Shown here piece by piece: positions 1 through 9,235 of a stretch of 45,827 bases of DNA. The first letter of the stretch is position 1, and every line of letters starts with the position of its first letter. The notes under the pieces were generated by a model that saw nothing but the letters and a program-made list of their open reading frames with translations, was not told the origin of the DNA and searched no databases. The translations under genes and the position numbers were made by a program. This stretch comes from Acidobacteriaceae bacterium (GTDB lineage Bacteria; Acidobacteriota; Terriglobia; Terriglobales; Acidobacteriaceae): contig JASHTH010000467.1 of assembly GCA_030040655.1 (NCBI GenBank), positions 1-45,827 on the forward strand, read 5' to 3'.

Positions 1-1
1 C

Positions 2-643
2 GCCAATTTGAATGAACTGATCGAAAAGGCGGAAGACCCGGAGAAGATGTTGAAACAGGTGGTGCTGGACATGGAAAACCAGTTGCTCCAAGTGAAGACG
101 CAGGTGGCGATCGCCATCGCCGATGAGCATCTGCTCAGCAAGAAGAAGGCCGAGCAGGTCGAGCAGTCGGCCGAATGGCGGCGCAAGGCGGAGCTGGCCG
201 TGCAAAAGGGCCGCGACGATCTGGCGCGCGAAGCGCTGGAGCGGGCGCTAAGTCACGATCAGCTCGCCGCCGGATTTACCGAGCAGGCCGAAGACCAGAA
301 GCACGAGGCCGATAGCCTGCGCCAGGCTCTGCACAAGCTGGAACAGAAGCTGAGCGAGACGCGCGCCCATTGCGAGATGCTGGTGGCCGAGCATCGCCGG
401 GCCAAGGTGATCGGACGGGCGACCAAGGCGCGGCAGGTGGTCGGCGTGCAACAGGAGCAGACCATCGGCCGGATGAAAGACCGCATTCACGTCAAGTCCG
501 CGGAGAATGTTGCCGCCGTGGAAGTGCTTGCGCCGGAGTCGCTGGAAGACCGCTTTCAGGCCCTGGAACATGAGGACAAGGTGGAGCTGATGCTCAGCGA
601 GATCAAGAGCCGGCAGGCCGCCCTGCCTTCGCAGTCGTCGTAG
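2..643 (+). CDS. pspA: PspA/IM30 (phage shock protein A/Vipp1) family protein, 5'-truncated by window edge
   Basis: Frame is open from base 2 (ANLNELIEKAEDPEKMLKQ...); typical PspA EDPEKML motif, 'AELAVQKGRDDLAREAL', long coiled coil and 'SLEDRFQALE' C-terminus. Confidence 0.9.
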   Translation, partial: ANLNELIEKAEDPEKMLKQVVLDMENQLLQVKTQVAIAIADEHLLSKKKAEQVEQSAEWRRKAELAVQKGRDDLAREALERALSHDQLAAGFTEQAEDQKHEADSLRQALHKLEQKLSETRAHCEMLVAEHRRAKVIGRATKARQVVGVQQEQTIGRMKDRIHVKSAENVAAVEVLAPESLEDRFQALEHEDKVELMLSEIKSRQAALPSQSS

Positions 644-862
644 GCGCAGATCGGGGCAGCGGCGGGGACGGATTCTTTGTATCCGCCGAGGCGAAACCGC
701 GTCTAACCACTCAGCACCGGAGAAGCGGGATAAAACCCTTGTTTCCGAAGCGCATCAGCCGTGGACGCTTCGTGGGGAGGTTTATCCTCGAAGAATACCT
801 GTTCTGCCCGCTATGGCAAGCGAATTAGCCGATCAGGCTCCTACTCCCCGACTGGTGAATGG

Positions 863-1939
863 ATGCGTTTCGAATCTTGCTTTCTTTCTGTTCCGCTGGC
901 GGCCGGATTGGTGCTGTTGGCGCTTTCGCCCAGTGCCCTTGCCCAGCAGCCGGTTTCGCTTGTGATTGCCGTCCCCGCTGGCGAGCCGCCGGATGCCCCG
1001 CGGCTGCAGTTTGCAGTCGATTCGCCGGAGCGTGCGGAGCAGCAGCAACCGGCCTCGGCGGAGCCGGCGCCTGCGAATCAGGGCCAAAGCGCCCAGCAGC
1101 CGGCGCCGGGATCCACGCCGGCGCAAACTGCACCCCAAACTTCTCCGGCTCAGGGCGATTCCAACTCACAGGCCGGCGCCGCCCAATCCACTGCGGAAAA
1201 AAGTCAACGCGAAAAGGGCGAAGAGGAAGTGAAAGAACAGGAGCATCAACGGGTGGAGGGAGTTGTCCCCACGTTCAACGTGACCTACCACCACGACGCT
1301 GTCCCGCTGGCCCCTGGTCAGAAAATCGAACTCTCCTTTCGTTCCGCGGTCGACCCCTTCGCGTTTGCTTCGGCGTTCATGTCATCGGGCTATCACGAGG
1401 CCGAGAACGATCTGAAGGGCTTCCCCTGGGGTCCCAAAGGCTACTTCGAGCGCACCGGTGTGGCCTATCTCGACACATTCGACAGCACCATCTTCAGCAC
1501 CGGCATTTTTCCTATCGTTTTCCGCCAGGACCCGCGCTACTTCCGCATGGGCCAGGGCACCATCAAACACCGGATACTCTACTCCTTGTCCACCAATTTC
1601 GTCGCCAAGAACGATTACAACGGCAAGTGGGGGCCCAATATGGGGAACCTGCTGGGCAACTTCGCGGCCGGCGAGATCTCACAGTTCTACTACCCCGCGG
1701 GCAATTCCGGTACCGGCCTTGCCTTAACTGGCGCCGTGATTCAGATTGCCGAGGGTGCGGGGGGATCGATCTTCAATGAGTTCTGGCCGGATCTGTCGCG
1801 GCGCTTCCTTCACAAGGACCCCACCCACGGCTTGGATGCGCTGGCCCGCGCACAGGACGCCGAGGAAAAAGCGGCACGTAACGCAGCCAGGCAAACGCAA
1901 CAGCTGCAGCAGAATCAGCCGCAGCAAAGCCCGGAATAA
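863..1939 (+). CDS. Hypothetical secreted/membrane protein with Gln/Pro/Ala-rich linker
   Basis: ATG at 863 followed by a signal-peptide-like segment (LAAGLVLLALSPSALA-QQ), low-complexity linker, then a globular/hydrophobic domain (RQDPRYFR, IFNEFWPD); ORF track start 761 is probably too far upstream. Confidence 0.7.
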   Translation: MRFESCFLSVPLAAGLVLLALSPSALAQQPVSLVIAVPAGEPPDAPRLQFAVDSPERAEQQQPASAEPAPANQGQSAQQPAPGSTPAQTAPQTSPAQGDSNSQAGAAQSTAEKSQREKGEEEVKEQEHQRVEGVVPTFNVTYHHDAVPLAPGQKIELSFRSAVDPFAFASAFMSSGYHEAENDLKGFPWGPKGYFERTGVAYLDTFDSTIFSTGIFPIVFRQDPRYFRMGQGTIKHRILYSLSTNFVAKNDYNGKWGPNMGNLLGNFAAGEISQFYYPAGNSGTGLALTGAVIQIAEGAGGSIFNEFWPDLSRRFLHKDPTHGLDALARAQDAEEKAARNAARQTQQLQQNQPQQSPE

Positions 1940-1994
1940 GCCGCCTCAGGGTTGCGCACGGTTCTCGAAATGGGGCGGGACGTGTGGAACCGCT

Positions 1995-3050
1995 CTATCG
2001 TTTCGAGTGGGTTGCAGCCTTTTGAGCGTACATTGCGGCGTCGGCGCGGGCGAGCAGATTCTTCGCCGTTTCGCCCGCCTGGCGCTCGGCAAGCCCGAAG
2101 GAAGCATCGACCTTCAGCTTCTCGGGCCCAGACCGACCGTGAACGGTATAGTTGCCGCAGACCCAGTCCTTCAAGCGCTGAATCTGCGCCTGCGCCTCGT
2201 CGAACCGGCAATCGAACAGGACGATGAATTCGTCTCCGCCCCAGCGCGCGACGATGCCTTTGGGCCTGCACGCCGACTGCAGCTCCGCCGCGAATTGCTG
2301 CAGCAGCTCATCGCCGGCCGGGTGCCCATGCTCGTCGTTTACTTGCTTGAATTCATCGATGTCGCTCATCACGATGCAGAAGGGGCCGGACGAGCCGATC
2401 CTCCGCTCGATGTAGCTTTCCACCCAGAGCCGGTTGCGTAATCCCGTCAGCCCATCGGAGGAGGCGACGCGCTCGGCTTCCTCCAGGCGCGTCTGGTAAC
2501 GAGTGACTTCAGTCTTTAATTGCTCGATCGCCGCCTTACCTTCCGCGGTCATGCGCTCGATCGAAGTCTTCAGCTCGGTCGCGCTCTTTTTGAGCGATGT
2601 ACGAATCTGCGACAAATCCTCGAGCGAGGCAATCTTCTCCAGGCGCCCGGTAACTTCGGTGATCTGGCAAGCGCAACGCTGGTCGCGTTCACCAACCCCC
2701 TCCGCGGTGCGCGCCATCACGAGGAGAATCTCCTTCACCTCGTCGGCTTTCTGGCGGTAATGGTTGGCGGTGCGCCGGCCCCAGTCCCTGAGCTGTGCCT
2801 GCACGTCGCGCTCTGTGGATTCGAGCTCTTCCCGGCTCGGCGTAGCCGATATTCGATCGTCGACTTTGGCCAGGCTGCGCTTCAACTCTTCGCCGAGAGC
2901 GGGGCAGGCATCCACGCTCGCGCTTCCCATCTCGCGCAGGGAAGAACAATAGGCGGCGATCGCGACGGGAAGCAGATCTTTCGCGTCAACGCTTTGGTAG
3001 CGGATGGATTCTCCTGGCGACTCTTCCAGATACTTCTTTAGCGATATCAT
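1995..3050 (-). CDS. Diguanylate cyclase (helical N-terminus + GGDEF domain)
   Basis: DGLTGLRNR, DIDEFKQVNDEHGHPAGDELL, ARWGGDEF and ADAAMYAQK motifs; start 3050 or 3089. Confidence 0.92.
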   Translation of the reverse strand: MISLKKYLEESPGESIRYQSVDAKDLLPVAIAAYCSSLREMGSASVDACPALGEELKRSLAKVDDRISATPSREELESTERDVQAQLRDWGRRTANHYRQKADEVKEILLVMARTAEGVGERDQRCACQITEVTGRLEKIASLEDLSQIRTSLKKSATELKTSIERMTAEGKAAIEQLKTEVTRYQTRLEEAERVASSDGLTGLRNRLWVESYIERRIGSSGPFCIVMSDIDEFKQVNDEHGHPAGDELLQQFAAELQSACRPKGIVARWGGDEFIVLFDCRFDEAQAQIQRLKDWVCGNYTVHGRSGPEKLKVDASFGLAERQAGETAKNLLARADAAMYAQKAATHSKR

Positions 3051-3148
3051 CTGGCTCTCGCTGGTCCCGGGGCGCAGATCTCCCCCCATGAAGAGATCAA
3101 AAAGCCCTTATCGGCAGATTTCGGGCAAATTTCAGTTACCTGGGGTGC

Positions 3149-3307
3149 TCGACCGTTTTGGGAAGTGGTGTGTCCTCTCCTGCGATGCTCGAGGTCGCTG
3201 CTCCTTCCACCCCAGCGACGAAGACCTGTCGCTGGGGACCCCGGAGCTTAAGGTCGCGTCGACTCATCGGTTGCAGTTCCGGATACAGAATTTCCTAAAA
3301 CGGGATA
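3149..3307. mobile_element. MITE-like element, copy A (with nested hairpin)
   Basis: Imperfect terminal IRs accgttttgggaagt (3152-3166) / atttcctaaaacggg (3290-3304), TA at 3306-3307; internal blocks gtgtcc, ggtcgctgctcc, ggtcgcgtcgact shared with copies at 15880 and 18538. Confidence 0.75.
3207..3244. repeat. 38-bp palindromic (REP-like) hairpin unit
   Basis: Perfect 10-bp stem ccccagcgac (3210-3219)/gtcgctgggg (3228-3237) with 8-nt loop; 33/38 identical to reverse complement of 18591-18628. Confidence 0.85.
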
Positions 3308-5800
3308 GATCTGAATTCTGACCGGCCAAGTCTTCCAGATGTCGGCGCAGTAGTCGCGAATGGCGCGATCGGAAGAGAACTTGCCCATGCGCGCGACATT
3401 CAGGATCGACATGCGCGTCCATGCGTCGTGGTTCCTGTAGGCCTCGCCCACGCGGTCCTGACAATCGATGTAGGACTGATAATCGGCCAGCAACATGAAC
3501 TCATCGCCATTCAGGAGAGAATCGACCAGCGGTTGAAACAGGCCCTTGTCTCCGCGGGAGAACTCGCCGCTCGAAAGCGCATCCAGCGTTTCTCTCAGAT
3601 GGGGATTCGATTCGTAGATAGCCCTCGGGTTGTAGTTTTCGCGCTTGCGCTGCTCGACCTCGGCGGCCGTAAGGCCAAAGAGGAAGAAGTTCTCTTCGCC
3701 CACCTCCTCACGGATCTCGATATTGGCGCCATCCAATGTGCCGATGGTAATAGCTCCGTTCATGGCGAACTTCATATTGCCGGTTCCCGAAGCCTCCTTG
3801 CCGGCCGTCGAGATCTGCTCGCTCAGATCGGCGGCAGGGTACACCCGCTGGCCCAGCTTAACGTTGTAGTCGGGAAGAAAGACGACCTTAAGCCGTCCCC
3901 GCACCACGGGATCGGCGTTGATGGCTTCGCCGACCGAGTGAATGAGCTTGATGATCAGCTTGGCCATGCGATAGCCGGGCGCGGCCTTGCCCCCGAAGAG
4001 AAACGTACGCGGGACGACATCGGCGCCCGGATCGCGCTGGATGCGTTTGTAGAGCGTGAGAATGTGCAGAACCTGCAAATGCTGCCGCTTGTACTCATGC
4101 AGGCGCTTGACCAGCACGTCGAAGATGGAGTCGGGATCGACCGCCATGGCGAGCCGGTCCTGGATATATTTCGCGAGGCGAATTTTGTTGCCCTGCTTGA
4201 CGCGACGCCACTCCGCGGCGAACTCCGCGTCGTCGGCTAACGGCTCCAGCCGGCGCAGCTTTTCGAGATCGCTGATCCAGCCGTCGCCGATCCGCGAGGT
4301 GAGCAGTTCGGCAAGGCCGGGATTGCTGAGGACCATCCAGCGCCGCGGCGTTACGCCATTGGTTTTGTTGGAGAACTTCTCCGCAGTCAATGCGTAGAAA
4401 TCGCGCAGCACGTTGGTCTTCAAAAGCTCGGTGTGCAACTCGGCCACTCCGTTGATGGCGTGGCTGCCGAGCGCGGCCAGGTGCGCCATGCGAACATAGC
4501 TCTCGCCGTGGTCGCCGATAAGCGAGAGCCTTTCCGCGCGCGCTTCGTCGCCGGGGAACTTCTTGCGGACATCGATCATGTGACGGCGATTGATCTCGTC
4601 GACGATCTCGAGGTGGCGCGGCAGCAGCGAGCCGAAGAGGCTGCGCGGCCACTGCTCCAGAGCTTCGGGCATCAATGTGTGATTCGTGTAAGACAAGGTG
4701 TGTTGCGTCACATGCCATGCCGCGTCCCATTCCATGCCGTGCTCGTCGACCAGCAGGCGCATCAGCTCGGCAACGGCAATGGCCGGGTGTGTGTCGTTCA
4801 TCTGGATGGCGAATTTGCGATGCAACTCGGCCAGCGGGCGATGCTGCGCGAGGTGAATCTTGAGAATGTGCTGCAGGCTGCAGGAGACGAAGAAGAACTG
4901 CTGCTCCAGGCGCAGTTGTTTGCCCTGCATGGCCCCGTCATTGGGATAGAGAATCTTGGAGATGTTCTCCGACGAGACTTTGTCGGCCACGGCGCCGAAG
5001 AAATCGCCGGTATTAAAGATTCCGAAGTCGAAGCTCTCTACCGCCTGCGCGGCCCACAATCGCATGGTGTTGGCCGTGTTGGTGCGATAGCCGAGGATGG
5101 GCGTATCGTGCGGAATGCCGCGCACTACGCGCTGCGGAATCCAGTTCACACGCAGCTTGCCGGCGGCATCGGCGTGCGACTCCGTGCGGCCACCGAACTT
5201 CACTTCGAAAGCGTCTTCGGGCCGCTCCAAGGCCCAGGGATTGCCCAGGCGCAGCCATTTGTCCGTGGTTTCCACCTGCCAGCCATCGCGAATCTGCTGG
5301 TCGAAGATGCCGTACTCGTAGCGGATTCCGTAGCCGATGGCGGGAATGTCGAGCGTGGCCAGCGAATCCATGAAACACGAGGCAAGGCGGCCCAGCCCGC
5401 CGTTGCCCAGGCCGGGTTCTTCCTCTTGCTCGATGAGCGCATTGAGGTCGAGGCCAAGGTGACGCATGGCCTGATCGGTCTCGTCGTAGATGCCCAGGTT
5501 GATGAGGTTGTTGGCCAGATGCGGGCCGGTGAGGAACTCGGCCGAGAGATAGCAGACCACGCGCACGTCCTGCGCCTGGTAGTTCTTCACCGTCGAAATC
5601 CAGCGTTCCACAAGGCGATCGCGAACCGTGTGCGCCAACGCCATGTAGAGGTCGTTGACGGTGGCGCGCTCCAGCGAGCGGCCTTGCACAAAAAAGAGGT
5701 TTTCCAGGAACGATTGCGCCAGCGCCTCGGCGCTCATCTCGGTTTTGCGGTCTTTCTGCGATTCCACCAATGGTCCCATGGAAGCCGGAATATTGCGCAT
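3248..5800 (-). CDS. glgP: Glycogen/starch/alpha-glucan phosphorylase (GT35)
   Basis: EPGLGNGGLGRLASCFMDS, QMNDTHP, KTNGVTPRRW, KRLHEYKRQ, PLP-lysine motif EASGTGNMKF, FSSDRAIRDY; ATG 5800 preceded by GAGGT. Confidence 0.97.
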   Translation of the reverse strand: MRNIPASMGPLVESQKDRKTEMSAEALAQSFLENLFFVQGRSLERATVNDLYMALAHTVRDRLVERWISTVKNYQAQDVRVVCYLSAEFLTGPHLANNLINLGIYDETDQAMRHLGLDLNALIEQEEEPGLGNGGLGRLASCFMDSLATLDIPAIGYGIRYEYGIFDQQIRDGWQVETTDKWLRLGNPWALERPEDAFEVKFGGRTESHADAAGKLRVNWIPQRVVRGIPHDTPILGYRTNTANTMRLWAAQAVESFDFGIFNTGDFFGAVADKVSSENISKILYPNDGAMQGKQLRLEQQFFFVSCSLQHILKIHLAQHRPLAELHRKFAIQMNDTHPAIAVAELMRLLVDEHGMEWDAAWHVTQHTLSYTNHTLMPEALEQWPRSLFGSLLPRHLEIVDEINRRHMIDVRKKFPGDEARAERLSLIGDHGESYVRMAHLAALGSHAINGVAELHTELLKTNVLRDFYALTAEKFSNKTNGVTPRRWMVLSNPGLAELLTSRIGDGWISDLEKLRRLEPLADDAEFAAEWRRVKQGNKIRLAKYIQDRLAMAVDPDSIFDVLVKRLHEYKRQHLQVLHILTLYKRIQRDPGADVVPRTFLFGGKAAPGYRMAKLIIKLIHSVGEAINADPVVRGRLKVVFLPDYNVKLGQRVYPAADLSEQISTAGKEASGTGNMKFAMNGAITIGTLDGANIEIREEVGEENFFLFGLTAAEVEQRKRENYNPRAIYESNPHLRETLDALSSGEFSRGDKGLFQPLVDSLLNGDEFMLLADYQSYIDCQDRVGEAYRNHDAWTRMSILNVARMGKFSSDRAIRDYCADIWKTWPVRIQIYPVLGNSVSGTATDESTRP

Positions 5801-5992
5801 GAGGCACCTCGCTTGGCGCGGCTGCAAATGGCCTTCCTCACCTTACGCTGGGTCCAGCGTAAATCCCCGTGTTCTGCGTCACCACAAAAAGGAGGCGAAT
5901 TGAGGCGAGCGCGGCGCTCCGCCATCCCGTTATGGAATGTGTCCTCCGATTTTGATCCTGGCGTCGAGTTACGGGCAGCGGGTTCGCTTCTC

Positions 5993-6195
5993 TCAGGGGC
6001 GAAAGCCCGCGAGTCTTGTTCAGGTAAAGATCATACGGTCTGAAGAGGCTGCAAAAAACCTATGCGGATCGGTTTCTCGCGGGCTCAAGCCGGCGAGCAA
6101 GATCAAAAAGAAGGGGCTTGTTCGGCACGGCTAAAGCCTTGCCCTTTCAAAGCCGCCCGTGAAGCGAGTTTTTTCCGCAGCCTGTGAAGCCCGTT
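5993..6195. repeat. REP/BIME-like cluster of short GC hairpins
   Basis: ggggcgaaagccc (~5996), tctcgcgggctcaagccggcgag (6075-6097), ggcacggctaaagccttgccc (6124-6144), outer IR aggctgcaaaaaac...gttttttccgcagcct; 6116-6153 matches reverse complement of 31424-31461 at 34/38. Confidence 0.75.
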
Positions 6196-6332
6196 CCCTC
6201 CCGATCCGACTGACGCACGGATGGGGAGCTCACTGCGACAACCGGGCCAAAAGGACTAAAGTGGTTGGGTTGAGTTTTTGGCATCCGGAGGCATGGTCTC
6301 AACGCCATCCGGTTGCCCTGCGAAAGGCAGCC

Positions 6333-9179
6333 ATGCGCGACGCACACACGCACGAACAGATCGACTGGCCCATCCGCAAGCATCCGCGGCGACGCCGCAT
6401 CGTCATCACCCTGATCGTCATCGTCGTCCTTTTTCTCTTTTTCGGCACGCGGACCGCGATTTCCTACTGGGTCGATCTGCTTTGGTTTCGCTCGATGGGC
6501 TATGGCAGCGTGTTCTGGAAGACGCTCGGCCTGGAGTGGAGTGTCTTCGCCATCTTTGCCGCGGGCACGTTTGTCGTTCTCTATGGGGCGTACCTGCTGC
6601 TGCACCGCGCGCACCGCGACGATTTGCCGCGCGATCACACGCTATTCTTCGGAGGCCGGCCTATCACATTGTCGGTCAAGCCGGTGCTTCGCGTTGTCGC
6701 ATTTGCCGGCTCGGTGCTGATCGCTCTAGCCACGGGTGGCGCCATGGCATCGGATTGGCCTTCTTGGGCGCTGTACTGGTATGCGCCACGCCAGACGGGC
6801 GGTTCGGTGGATCCGATCTTCTCGCGGCCCGTGAACTTCTTTCTCTTCGTTTTGCCGGCATGGCATTCGATCGCAGGCTGGCTGCTCACGCTGGCGGTGT
6901 TGATTTGCGGCGTTGCCGTCGTCTTCATCCTAATCAGCGGAGGAACGCGCGCATTCGGCGGCGAAAGCCTGGGCGCTCACGATCCGTTGCCATGGCGCGG
7001 CATCTCGTTTGCGCTAGCGTTGTTGCTGCTCACGATCGCTCTTCGTGTCTACCTGAGCCGATTCGATCTTTTACTCGAGCATCATACGATCTTCGACGGC
7101 GTGAACTATGCCGACGCGCACGTTTATATCGCCGGCAAGCTCGTCGTTTGCTGGGCGCTGGTGCTCGGCGCGTTGGTCGCATTGGCCAATGCCCTGCGGA
7201 CTCCGCGCGGCTCCGGGCTCATTGCTTCTCTAGTCCCCGTGGTGGTTTGTTTCCCGGTGGTTGGTATCGTGGGCTGGTACGTAACCAATTTCGTCGTCAA
7301 GCCCAATCAACTGGTGCGCGAACGGCCGTTCATCGTGCACAACATCGAGATGACGCGCCAGGCCTACGGCCTGGACCGCTTTTCGCAGCGCGAGTTTCCC
7401 GCCGAGACCACGCCCGACGCCGCCCAGCCGGCGCAGAATCAGGCCACGCTCCAGAACATCCGCCTGTGGGACTGGCAGGCCCTGCGCGACACGCTGCGCC
7501 AGATCCAGGAGATTCGCACCTACTACGACTTTCCCGATATCGACATCGATCGCTACACGTTCGACGGTTCGCTGCACGAGGTGATGCTGGCGGCGCGCGA
7601 GCTCAACGTGGACAAGCTGCCCGAGAGCAGCCGCAACTGGATCAACGACAAGTTGATCTACACGCACGGCTACGGCATCACCATGAATCCGGTCAACGGC
7701 TTCACGACGGAAGGCCTGCCCGCGCTCATCCTGAGCAACATGCCGGTGCAAAGCACGGTGAGCAGCCTGCAGGTGACGCAGCCGGAGATCTATTTCGGCG
7801 AGCTGACCAACACCGACGTCTACGTGAAGACCCAGCAGCAGGAGTTCAACTATCCGCAAGGTCAGGCCAACAATCTTACTTCGTATGCTGGCACGGGCGG
7901 CATCCGGATTGGCGGTTTTGCGCGCCGCGTGCTGCTGGCCTTCGATCGCGGCGACCTGGGCAAGCTGCCCTTCAGCGACGATGTGACGGCGCAGAGCCGG
8001 CTGCTGATGCGGCGCAATATCCGCGATCGCGTGGCTGAGCTGGCGCCGTTTCTGATCTTCGAGCAGGACCCCTACATCGTGCTCGATGACGACGGCCGGC
8101 TCTCGTGGATCATCGATGCGTTCACGGTCTCGGACAACTATCCCGACTCGACCCATTACGGTCTCGGCGACGGTCAGGTCAACTACATGCGCAACAGCGT
8201 GAAGGCGGTCATCGATGCCTACAACGGGACAGTGACCTTCTATGTTTTCGATCCATCCGACCCCATCATCGCCGCCTATCGGCGCATCTTTCCCTGGCTC
8301 TTCAAGGACGCATCGGCGATGCCCGCCGGTCTGCGCATGCATGTGCGCTATCCGGAATTGTTTTTGAAGATGCAGGCAGATGTTTACGGCTTGTATCACA
8401 TGACCGACCCCGAGGTTTTCTACAATCGCGAGGACCAGTGGACCGTTGCCACCGAGGTCGGTCTTGCCGGGACGGGCGAACAGGCTACGCAAGAGTTGCA
8501 GCCAAACTTTGTGCTGATGAAACTGCCCGGCGAAACAGGCGTGGAGTTTGTGGAGATTCTGCCCTTCACGCCGATTAACCGCAACAACCTGATCGGATGG
8601 ATCGCCGCGCGCAGCGACGGCGCGCACTACGGCACCGCCGTGGTCTACGACTTCCCCAAGACGCGGCTTGTCGACGGGCCGCTGCAGATTGAGGCGCGCA
8701 TCGACCAGAACGCGCAGCTCTCCGGCCAGTTGACGCTGTGGAACCAGCAGGGATCGCACGTTCGCCGCGGCAGCCTGCTGGTCATTCCTTCCGGGCGCGC
8801 GCTTTTGTACGCGGAGCCCATCTATCTGCAGGCGGAGCGCAGCCCGATGCCGGAGCTGCGCCTGGTGGTGCTCGCATTGCAGGACCGGCTCGCGTACGGG
8901 CCTACGTTCGAAGCGGCTTTGGCGTCGTTGTTCGGCGGAGCGGAGTCGTCTTTAAGCGCGAACGAAACACCGCGTCCCACGCCCACGGCGTCCGGTACAA
9001 CGGCGCAACCGCCCGCGGACATGAATACGCTCATCGCCCAGGCGGGGAAGGCCTTTGCCGACTATCAGCGCTTGACGGCGGAGGGCAAGCTGGGCGAAGC
9101 CGGCCAGAAGCTCGATGAGCTGAAAATGATTCTGGACAAGTTGAATGCGCTGCGAACCGCACAGCCGGCGCAAAAATGA
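6333..9179 (+). CDS. UPF0182 family membrane protein
   Basis: YWVDLLWFRSMGYGSVFW, DPIFSRPVNFFLFVLP, NIRLWD, QIQEIRTYYDFPDIDIDRY, YTHGYG, NYMRNSVKAVIDAYNG; multiple N-terminal TM helices; ATG 6333. Confidence 0.92.
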   Translation: MRDAHTHEQIDWPIRKHPRRRRIVITLIVIVVLFLFFGTRTAISYWVDLLWFRSMGYGSVFWKTLGLEWSVFAIFAAGTFVVLYGAYLLLHRAHRDDLPRDHTLFFGGRPITLSVKPVLRVVAFAGSVLIALATGGAMASDWPSWALYWYAPRQTGGSVDPIFSRPVNFFLFVLPAWHSIAGWLLTLAVLICGVAVVFILISGGTRAFGGESLGAHDPLPWRGISFALALLLLTIALRVYLSRFDLLLEHHTIFDGVNYADAHVYIAGKLVVCWALVLGALVALANALRTPRGSGLIASLVPVVVCFPVVGIVGWYVTNFVVKPNQLVRERPFIVHNIEMTRQAYGLDRFSQREFPAETTPDAAQPAQNQATLQNIRLWDWQALRDTLRQIQEIRTYYDFPDIDIDRYTFDGSLHEVMLAARELNVDKLPESSRNWINDKLIYTHGYGITMNPVNGFTTEGLPALILSNMPVQSTVSSLQVTQPEIYFGELTNTDVYVKTQQQEFNYPQGQANNLTSYAGTGGIRIGGFARRVLLAFDRGDLGKLPFSDDVTAQSRLLMRRNIRDRVAELAPFLIFEQDPYIVLDDDGRLSWIIDAFTVSDNYPDSTHYGLGDGQVNYMRNSVKAVIDAYNGTVTFYVFDPSDPIIAAYRRIFPWLFKDASAMPAGLRMHVRYPELFLKMQADVYGLYHMTDPEVFYNREDQWTVATEVGLAGTGEQATQELQPNFVLMKLPGETGVEFVEILPFTPINRNNLIGWIAARSDGAHYGTAVVYDFPKTRLVDGPLQIEARIDQNAQLSGQLTLWNQQGSHVRRGSLLVIPSGRALLYAEPIYLQAERSPMPELRLVVLALQDRLAYGPTFEAALASLFGGAESSLSANETPRPTPTASGTTAQPPADMNTLIAQAGKAFADYQRLTAEGKLGEAGQKLDELKMILDKLNALRTAQPAQK

Positions 9180-9180
9180 A

Positions 9181-9203
9181 GGGCCGCTTTTGCCGAGCGG
9201 CCC
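9181..9203. terminator. Hairpin between convergent UPF0182 and bamD genes, possible bidirectional terminator
   Basis: gggccgct (9181-9188)/agcggccc (9196-9203), 8-bp stem; no clear U-tract. Confidence 0.35.
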
Positions 9204-9235
9204 CGCGAGACGGATCGATGAAGTGAAAGGCACTC

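Noticed and set aside
4433-6043. Long antisense/alternate-frame ORFs (e.g. 4433..6043, 6278..8038, 7230..8759, 9341..10720, 12458..13645, 32237..33493, 34036..35352)
   Set aside because: They overlap well-supported genes, lack recognisable motifs and are expected shadow ORFs in GC-rich DNA
6159-6332. N-terminal extensions in the ORF track (UPF0182 from 6159, M61 from 11507, RhmT from 19704, MFS from 26147, BirA from 31297, PadR from 41647)
   Set aside because: Extensions run through repeats or neighbouring genes; family-like sequence and, in several cases, SD motifs begin at downstream starts
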